From contig CADEGD010000004.1 of assembly GCA_902826795.1 (NCBI GenBank), forward strand, positions 94,155 through 158,154: 64,000 nt of DNA, read 5' to 3'. Origin of the DNA: an uncultured Acidobacteriota bacterium. GTDB lineage: Bacteria > Acidobacteriota > Blastocatellia > Pyrinomonadales > Pyrinomonadaceae. Below, piece by piece: positions 58,009 to 64,000 of this stretch. Each line of letters opens with the position of its first letter. The first letter of the stretch is position 1. The position numbers were made by a program, and so were the translations under genes. The notes under the pieces were generated by a model that worked only from the letters and a program-made list of their open reading frames with translations, made no database searches and was not told the origin of the DNA.

Positions 58009-58142
58009 ACGATCTAAAACGATCGGACGACTATGATGTCATATGTTGTAAGGATTGTAAAGCGTTTGGTGCATGGGACGCGGACGTTTGCACGGAATCA
58101 GCGTGTTTACGAACGCTCGAAACCATTCCTGCAATGACTATG

Positions 58143-58178
58143 GTTGAGTTAAGAGGTTTAGTTGAGTTATGAGGTTTA
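58143..58178. repeat. 18-bp tandem direct repeat x2
   Basis: GTTGAGTTAAGAGGTTTA at 58143-58160 and GTTGAGTTATGAGGTTTA at 58161-58178. The second copy overlaps the stop codon of 58176..58988. Confidence 0.85.
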
Positions 58179-58988
58179 AATGTTAGGGGTTGCCGCTTCT
58201 GTCTCTACCATTTCAACTCTAAACTTCTCGTATGATCGTCTGCCGCCAGTGTCAGGAGCACAATTGAGACTTGTCATGGCGTCAATAATGAAAACTCGGT
58301 CGACGGTTTTGATGTAGTTTCTGCTGTGGACATCTCTAATTAGGTGGTTCGAACTGGTGAATTTTTCTGGATCGGGGGTAGCGAAAAGACCACCTTCTTT
58401 CATTCTTGCAGTCAAAGCCTTTGGATCGTCATGTCCTAGCTCTCCAATTATAAACGGCTGTCTCAGCACAAAACGGAAACTCCCGATAGAATCTCGGGTG
58501 AACCCCACCAACTCGTACGCTGTCTCGGGAAATAGAGCGTTGAAGAGCGAAACTCGGTCGTCGAGGGTTTGAAGTGGTGAAGAGTCGGCAAAACGCGCTG
58601 ATTTAAGAACAAAATCGGGGTTCGAGTCTTCGTAAACGATGGCCTCAAACCCCTCAGCTATTTGCGGATATTCCGTATCTAGATCTTCGAACCAAATCCC
58701 TTCATGTTTGGCATATGCTTCTAACGCTTCTTCGGATCGCTGTACCGTACTCCGTCGGGATTCCCCTTCTGGACTTGAGATCTCTTCTGCTCCAGCGATA
58801 AGGGACGCTTCGACATTTCGACAACCGCCAAGAAGGCGCCCTCGTTCTTCAAAGTCATTAAGCCGGACGATTCGGCACGCGCCAGATAGGATCCAGTCTG
58901 CAATTTCTTTGACACGGTCATAGTCAACCCCTCCATCAAAAGTATACAGACAAGTCAAAGAAAAGTGAATACCTGAGTCCATAAGCAT
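58176..58988 (-). CDS. hypothetical protein with cryptic protein-kinase-like fold motifs
   Basis: 270 aa. Ordered motifs: EGFEAIVYE (G-loop-like), FVLK129 (beta3 Lys), LFPE (alphaC Glu), D219-VHSR-N224 (DxxxxN), IID236. Confidence 0.5.
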   Translation of the reverse strand: MLMDSGIHFSLTCLYTFDGGVDYDRVKEIADWILSGACRIVRLNDFEERGRLLGGCRNVEASLIAGAEEISSPEGESRRSTVQRSEEALEAYAKHEGIWFEDLDTEYPQIAEGFEAIVYEDSNPDFVLKSARFADSSPLQTLDDRVSLFNALFPETAYELVGFTRDSIGSFRFVLRQPFIIGELGHDDPKALTARMKEGGLFATPDPEKFTSSNHLIRDVHSRNYIKTVDRVFIIDAMTSLNCAPDTGGRRSYEKFRVEMVETEAATPNI

Positions 58989-59012
58989 CCGTTATGAGGG
59001 CGACTCGGTCTA

Positions 59013-60239
59013 TTACCAAATGAGGTCAGGAGCATCCTCCAAATGCCGAAGAACGAACTTGCCAAACATCGGTACGGCGAAACAATACTTTCCGTGTCGA
59101 GTCCGGAAAATCAGTCCAAGTCTGGTGAGAGAGGTTAAAATAGCCGAAACGCGACTGCTTGCGAACGGCTTGATCAAGTACGTTTCTGACGCGGCAACGA
59201 TCTCGCTAACCGTGAACTCACCATCGTTAATACCCATCTGAGCTATTACCTTTAGGACGTCGCGTTGACGATCCGTTACCAGTCCCCAACGCCCCTGAAA
59301 AAAGTCCGAGTCGAGTTTTCGCAGTATCTCCTCGACCGGAATCGCACTGAGCTCGCCTTCATTTTCATGCTGCTGTACCCAAGTGTCGTATGCTTCTTTA
59401 CAAATAAACTGGATGAAGAATGGATATCCACCCGATATCTCGCAAACGGTATTAATTGATTTCTCGGAGAACGGAAACGGACATTGGGTAAGTTGAAGAG
59501 GTACCTCGATTGCCTCGCGAGTCTCTTTGGCAGATAGGCGATCGAGGAAGATGACATGAAACATCCGCTCCGTGTAAGTTCGAGCCTCCGTTAACCTAGT
59601 CTGTATCGTCGGCAATCCGGTCAAAGCAAGCATGAATGGCACTCCTTTTCTCTGAATCGACTGGAACACATCGAGCAAAAGTGACATCGGATATCGATCC
59701 TTTGAAGCGTTATCGGCCAAGTTCTGCGCTTCATCATAGGCAAAGACGATCCCTTTTTTGTTCAAATGTCGAACGGCAACTGCAACCGCCTCAAGTACCG
59801 CTTTAAGCTTGTCCGAATGGAGACCTGGAGTCTCCTGATAGAGGTGCATTAGCCTGTTATAACTCCACACCACGTTCTTAGGTTGACTCCCGGAAAAGCC
59901 AGCCGATTCTTCCACCACCGTTTGGGTGATCCCAGAGGTGACAATAGATAGATCTGCCAGGAGCCGGATCACCAAGTTGTCCTCACTCACGCTGACAGAT
60001 TCGGAAAGCTCGGTCCCGCCGACCCATAACCAACCCTCCCGAATTGCTATGGGTTTCAGCGTTTCCAACAGAACCGTCTTGCCGACTCCCCGCAATCCCG
60101 TAATCAGAGGATTACTAAGTATCGTCTCCTGATTCAAAAGAGCCTTGAACTTGGCAATATCGTCCTCACGCCCCGCGAGGTGAAGTGGCATGTGTCCTGC
60201 ACCGGGACGATACGGATTCTTAAAGACTAGCTGTGTCAT
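59013..60239 (-). CDS. ORC/Cdc6- or Arch_ATPase-like P-loop NTPase with C-terminal winged helix
   Basis: 408 aa. NPYRPGAG..LAGRE lead-in, Walker A GLRGVGKT, Walker B-like IVFAYDEAQ. C-terminal wHTH-like tail (FTVSEIVAAS...LTSLTRLGLIFRTRHGKY). Confidence 0.75.
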   Translation of the reverse strand: MTQLVFKNPYRPGAGHMPLHLAGREDDIAKFKALLNQETILSNPLITGLRGVGKTVLLETLKPIAIREGWLWVGGTELSESVSVSEDNLVIRLLADLSIVTSGITQTVVEESAGFSGSQPKNVVWSYNRLMHLYQETPGLHSDKLKAVLEAVAVAVRHLNKKGIVFAYDEAQNLADNASKDRYPMSLLLDVFQSIQRKGVPFMLALTGLPTIQTRLTEARTYTERMFHVIFLDRLSAKETREAIEVPLQLTQCPFPFSEKSINTVCEISGGYPFFIQFICKEAYDTWVQQHENEGELSAIPVEEILRKLDSDFFQGRWGLVTDRQRDVLKVIAQMGINDGEFTVSEIVAASETYLIKPFASSRVSAILTSLTRLGLIFRTRHGKYCFAVPMFGKFVLRHLEDAPDLIW

Positions 60240-60438
60240 CGTAACAGTTCGTTAGGAGCATCTATGATTTCACATCGGCACGTGAAATAATAGCAAACTA
60301 TAATTTCATAGTCAACTGTTACGAGATGTGAGTTTGTGGCTCAATAATCGCTTCTCTGTTGTCCTTGCATTCAACTTGACTTGAATAGGTTGTGGAATGA
60401 ACGAGCCAAGACTTTCTGATTGAAAGGCGACGCAACAA

Positions 60439-60462
60439 AAGGCTGCCGGTTAGGGCAGCCTT
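60439..60462 (-). terminator. intrinsic terminator of the ECF sigma gene
   Basis: AAGGCTGCC pairs with GGCAGCCTT. On the minus strand it is followed by TTTTGTTG. Confidence 0.7.
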
Positions 60463-60495
60463 GGGCTTGATGCTTGAGTTGAACGAGTGTGGTAC

Positions 60496-61152
60496 TTAGT
60501 AACCGGCTGGGAGAAGACGTGGGTTGGCCTTCTTTTTGAGAAGCTTTCGCAACTTGAGCCGGGCTTTGTGAAGCTGCGATTTTGATGTGCCGACGGAGCA
60601 ACCGAGGATGCGGGCGACTTCTTCGTGTTCGAAGCCTTCGACATCGTGCAGGACGAAGACGTTCTTGTAGCCGTCCGGCAGTTGGTCGATCGCGTTTTCG
60701 AGTGCGATCTTGTCGACGATGGGCATCTTTTCAGGGTTCGCCGTGCCCGCGACAACCTGATCAGGGGTTTCGCCTTCTTCGGTCGTTTTTTCGAACTTCA
60801 CGTTACGTTTGCGGAAGTGCATGAGCACCTGATTCACCGTCATGCGGTGGAGCCACGTCGTGAAGGCCGAATCTCCACGGAAACTGCCGATCTTCCGGTA
60901 AAGCTGGATGAAGACGTCCTGCGTCAGATCTTCCGCCTCGTGGGCGTTCTGCAGCATTCGAAGACAGATCGAATAAACCCGTCTGTGATGCCGCTGATAA
61001 ACTTCTTCAAAGGCTCCCATGTCACCGCCGGCCGCGGCCTGCGTTAAGTCGAAATCTTTCGCTTTTGCGTAAGAAACGACCGCGGCTGCCGTAACGCCGA
61101 AAATGCCGCCTTCGCTGCTGATTACCGGGAAGTTTAATGTATCTGCTGTCAT
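60496..61152 (-). CDS. ECF (sigma-70 family group 4) sigma factor
   Basis: 218 aa. Region 2: [34 protein letters not shown]. Region 4: [24 protein letters not shown]. Confidence 0.9.
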   Translation of the reverse strand: MTADTLNFPVISSEGGIFGVTAAAVVSYAKAKDFDLTQAAAGGDMGAFEEVYQRHHRRVYSICLRMLQNAHEAEDLTQDVFIQLYRKIGSFRGDSAFTTWLHRMTVNQVLMHFRKRNVKFEKTTEEGETPDQVVAGTANPEKMPIVDKIALENAIDQLPDGYKNVFVLHDVEGFEHEEVARILGCSVGTSKSQLHKARLKLRKLLKKKANPRLLPAGY

Positions 61153-61226
61153 TTTCCTTGTTCCCCCTTGCTACCAAACTTCAAGCGCCGTGCCAAAGCG
61201 GCGTTGGGTTGTCCGGGATATTTATT

Positions 61227-61252
61227 AGACGCTGAAATGTCCAATTTGTTCC
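61227..61252 (-). promoter_or_regulatory. ECF-type promoter GGAAC-N16-CGTCT
   Basis: Read on the minus strand: GGAAC (61252-61248), 16-nt spacer, CGTCT (61231-61227). About 75 nt upstream of the sigma ATG. Confidence 0.5.
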
Positions 61253-61449
61253 TTATTTATGGGCATACCTTTCAATTCGCCCAACATCAAAACGAGGATT
61301 CAATGTCTGTTGCGTGTATGCGTTGCTCCATATGCTGCACGAAATGGTATACGTATCGAATTGATACGGATTGTTGAGTATTGTGCATGGTGTTACGATT
61401 ATCATTCCCATTTGAGAACGGTATATTCCGGTGCTAATTGCACCATTAT

Positions 61450-62148
61450 ATGAAGAAGCTTCCCCTTCAAATTCTTCTCCTATTCGTAGTAGTTTTTCCC
61501 GCTTTTGGTCAATATCAAAGCCAGGAAGTATCGGACGTTGACGGCGTTCCGGTGCTGCTGAAGCACTTGCCGGATTGGGAGTCGGTGAAGGGTCAGGCGA
61601 AGATTACGAACAGTATCGAAGAGGTTCGGAGCGAATTTGGAAATCCGGCAGTGCTGAGCGAGATCGATCTCGACGGCGGCGCGGAGGCCGCGTATGCGAG
61701 CTACGGAGATTCGCGGCTGCTGCTGATCGAATATCCGACGCCGCAAGGTTCTTCGTCGGCAGATGCGGCGATCCAGTCTGCGATGGGTGGTTCGGCGGGC
61801 GTGGTCTATAAGCGCATCGGCAACTACAACGCCTTTGTTTTCGGTATGGCAGATCCGGTTGCGGCGGACGCTCTGCTCGGCAAGATCGAGTATGGGAAGT
61901 CCGTGCAGTGGCTGGGTGACGATCCTTTCTATCTCGAGAAGTTCGAGCGATACATCGCCCTCACGGGGCGCGACGTCGCTTTTTCGACGATCTTCTTCAT
62001 CCTCGGAATATTTGGCACCGCGATCCTGATCGGCGTCGGTGTCGGCTATGTCTACTTTCGGTTCCGCGAAAATGAGCGTGCCCATCGCACAGCCTTCTCG
62101 GATGCAGGCGGCCTCACACGGCTCAATCTTGACGAGTTGTCTGAGTAG
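61450..62148 (+). CDS. single-pass membrane protein (signal peptide, C-terminal TM, short cytoplasmic tail)
   Basis: 232 aa from ATG 61450. Divergent from the ECF sigma gene. Confidence 0.6.
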   Translation: MKKLPLQILLLFVVVFPAFGQYQSQEVSDVDGVPVLLKHLPDWESVKGQAKITNSIEEVRSEFGNPAVLSEIDLDGGAEAAYASYGDSRLLLIEYPTPQGSSSADAAIQSAMGGSAGVVYKRIGNYNAFVFGMADPVAADALLGKIEYGKSVQWLGDDPFYLEKFERYIALTGRDVAFSTIFFILGIFGTAILIGVGVGYVYFRFRENERAHRTAFSDAGGLTRLNLDELSE

Positions 62149-62161
62149 CTGTTTTTGTTAT

Positions 62162-63286
62162 CTACGGCAGGTGCTCTACTAACCGCTCGATATCTTCAAC
62201 GTTGTTGTAAAAATGCGGCGCGATGCGAAGGCGGTCGTTTCGCGGGCTCACGATGATGTTTGCTTCTCGCAGAGCTTTTGCGATGTCACTGCAATGCATC
62301 CCGCCGCGATGTTTTATGCAAACGATCGCGGACTTTTCGCCGGGAGTGCGTGAGCTAACGATCTCGTAATCCTTGCCCGCAAGTAATTCGCACAGATGAT
62401 TGCTGAGGCCGTCGAGATACGATTCGATGTTTGATAGTCCGGCTTCGGTCAGAAGTTTCAGGCTCTGCTCAAGTCCGTAAAAAAGCGAAGAGCATCCGGT
62501 GCCGCTTTCCCAAGCGAGCGCGTCTGCTTTCCACGGCTGTTCGCGGTGTTCGAAATCCCAAGGCGTTTCGACCGAAATCCAGCCAGTGAGAGTCGGCTTG
62601 ACGCGATTGCGTGCATCATCCGAAAGATACAGAAATCCGCAGCCCTCTGGAGCACACAGCCACTTGTGACTGGCGCTCGATGCGATGTCGACGCCGAGCG
62701 CGGGAAGATCGAACCCGCGTGCACCGAGCGCCTGAATGATATCTGCCGCAAAGAGTGCGTCGACGGCGTGTGCGGCTTCGGCAATCCGGGCGAGGTCGGC
62801 CTGAAAGCCGCTCGCAAACTGGATCGCGCTGATTGCGACGAGCCTGGTATTGCCGTCGATGAGCGAGCAGAATTCGTCGAGGTCGATGCGGCCGTCGTGT
62901 TCAGCGGCGAGCCGGAGTTCGACGCCAAACTCGTCTCGTACGCGTCGCCAGGGGTAGAAGTTTGACGGGAATTCGCCGGCAAAGCTGACGATGTTGTCGC
63001 CCTCGGCCCAGTCGATACCGGCGGCGACGGACGCGAATCCGTCAGAGGTGTTTCGCATGAACGCGATCTGCTCGGGCTTCACGTTCAACATCAATCCCAG
63101 AAGATCGCGGGCGCGATTCTTTGTCGCTATCCAGTCGGTGTAGTGTTCGGAGCCGTGGTTTGCGACGTCGATTAGCTGAGAGTTTACGGCATCGATAGCG
63201 GTCGTCGACACGGGCGAAACGGCGGCACTGTTGAGATATGTATAGTTGGTTGCGGCGGGAAAAAGCGATCTGATGCGTTCGTTCAT
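62162..63286 (-). CDS. class V aminotransferase (cysteine desulfurase/IscS-like fold)
   Basis: 374 aa with PLP-lysine block SSASHKWLCAPEGCGFLY. Confidence 0.85.
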   Translation of the reverse strand: MNERIRSLFPAATNYTYLNSAAVSPVSTTAIDAVNSQLIDVANHGSEHYTDWIATKNRARDLLGLMLNVKPEQIAFMRNTSDGFASVAAGIDWAEGDNIVSFAGEFPSNFYPWRRVRDEFGVELRLAAEHDGRIDLDEFCSLIDGNTRLVAISAIQFASGFQADLARIAEAAHAVDALFAADIIQALGARGFDLPALGVDIASSASHKWLCAPEGCGFLYLSDDARNRVKPTLTGWISVETPWDFEHREQPWKADALAWESGTGCSSLFYGLEQSLKLLTEAGLSNIESYLDGLSNHLCELLAGKDYEIVSSRTPGEKSAIVCIKHRGGMHCSDIAKALREANIIVSPRNDRLRIAPHFYNNVEDIERLVEHLP

Positions 63287-63412
63287 TACAAGAATGATGG
63301 AACGCGCGGGCCGCGTCCGTCAATACGGGCGACGCCTGTGTGTATAATCTACACCGTCAGGGAGCCAGGCTTCCTGATTCCTTGACAATCTGAAGAAGGA
63401 GGTACGAAACGT

Positions 63413-63547
63413 ATGTCGAAAGATGACGTTTTGGAGCTCCTCAGATGGCTCTTAACAGGATGGCAACTGGTTCGCCTGTTGCTTGACTGGAAAGAGAAAC
63501 GACTTCGACCCCTGTCACCAAACGAAAGGTCGAAGCCGTCAATCTGA
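63413..63547 (+). CDS. candidate small protein (44 aa, amphipathic helix)
   Basis: Below the ORF-track cutoff. AAGGAGG at 63396-63402, 10 nt before the ATG. TATAAT at 63343-63348. 8-bp hairpin at 63583-63608 downstream. Confidence 0.3.
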   Translation: MSKDDVLELLRWLLTGWQLVRLLLDWKEKRLRPLSPNERSKPSI

Positions 63548-63648
63548 GGATAAGTCTCTTGGTAAAAAACCTTGAGACCTCCGTGTGAGGGGCTAATGCT
63601 CCTCACACTTCAGATATTAATCGAACGGTTCGCGCTTAGCAAGAAATT

Positions 63649-63677
63649 TTGACAAAAGCGGACGCGAGAGTTAACTT
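63649..63677 (+). promoter_or_regulatory. candidate lepB promoter
   Basis: TTGACA at 63649-63654, 17-nt spacer, TAACTT at 63672-63677. Followed by the GCAATGC-TTT-GCATTGC palindrome. Confidence 0.4.
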
Positions 63678-63724
63678 CTAGCGTAGCAATGCTTTGCATT
63701 GCCCCATCTAATCTGCCCGCAGTT

Positions 63725-64000
63725 ATGGCCCTTTTCTTTAACAAAGACCAATACGACTTCGGACCGGTGTCTTCAGCCGACGACATCGGCATCGAATCGC
63801 GCGATCTGCGGAAAGAGGCTTCGCAAAACTTCTTCTGGGAAACACTCAGGCTCGTTAGAGACGTATTCCTGATCATCGTTACGTTCATACTTTTCGGCGT
63901 GTTTTTCGTTCAGCCGGTCGTGGTTGATGGCAGTTCGATGCTGCCGCAGCTTCGCGATGGCGAAAGGCTGCTCGTAAACAAATTCATCTATTACGACATC
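63725..64000 (+). CDS. lepB: signal peptidase I, N-terminal part (3' end outside the window)
   Basis: Open frame to the window edge. A TM helix is followed by the catalytic-Ser block VVVDGSSMLPQLRDGERLLVNKF. Confidence 0.8.
   Translation, partial: MALFFNKDQYDFGPVSSADDIGIESRDLRKEASQNFFWETLRLVRDVFLIIVTFILFGVFFVQPVVVDGSSMLPQLRDGERLLVNKFIYYDI

Larger units (their letters stand above)
57272..60495. other. low-GC genomic islet (no integrase or repeat boundaries seen)
   Basis: Hand counts of 60-nt lines give about 38-52% GC inside, against about 58-68% in flanking core genes. Carries three accessory genes, one of them a plasmid/phage-type remnant. Confidence 0.5.

Noticed and set aside
63349-63888. 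Minus-strand ORFs 63349..63606 and 63610..63888
   Set aside because: The second overlaps the lepB start on the opposite strand. Both lack starts with an SD and any family resemblance. The plus strand has better-supported signals.

Overview
Densely coding 64-kb bacterial chromosomal segment. Core genes run about 55-65% GC by hand count. The gene content (many CadC-type wHTH-TPR regulators, TPR and carboxypeptidase-regulatory-like secreted proteins) suggests a soil Gram-negative, possibly Acidobacteriota. That assignment is weak inference. Confident housekeeping content: gyrB, truB, recX, msrB, the 5' end of lepB, a K+-type membrane pyrophosphatase (hppA), and a contiguous phosphate block (PiT + DUF47, then phoU-pstBACS on the minus strand) with a Pho-box-like repeat array upstream of pstS. 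It also has an SLC13 transporter, an ECF sigma factor with a GGAAC-N16-CGTCT promoter, and assorted enzymes: NamZ-like DUF1343, an M48 protease, pirin, an O-methyltransferase, two saccharopine-dehydrogenase-family proteins, class IV and class V aminotransferases, a beta-lactamase-fold hydrolase and a PAP2/haloperoxidase-like protein. Accessory, lower-GC content: two vapBC-type TA modules flanking namZ; a frameshifted class II Fic gene preceded by four phased 10-bp palindromes; a RhuM remnant; a twice-frameshifted FG-GAP lipoprotein gene; and an alaS ORF reduced to the catalytic core that heads an operon with a receiver-degenerate LuxR regulator. The last accessory item is a ~3.2-kb low-GC islet (57.3-60.5 kb). 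It carries an ORC/Cdc6-like ATPase-wHTH gene tightly paired with a cryptic kinase-fold gene, next to a decayed RepA-like gene, and is my best candidate for an undescribed conflict or defence module. Several intergenic regions are filled by unusual 'word-stutter' palindromic elements. I found no rRNA, tRNA, CRISPR array, transposase or integrase. All family calls are by-eye motif recognition with no database search.
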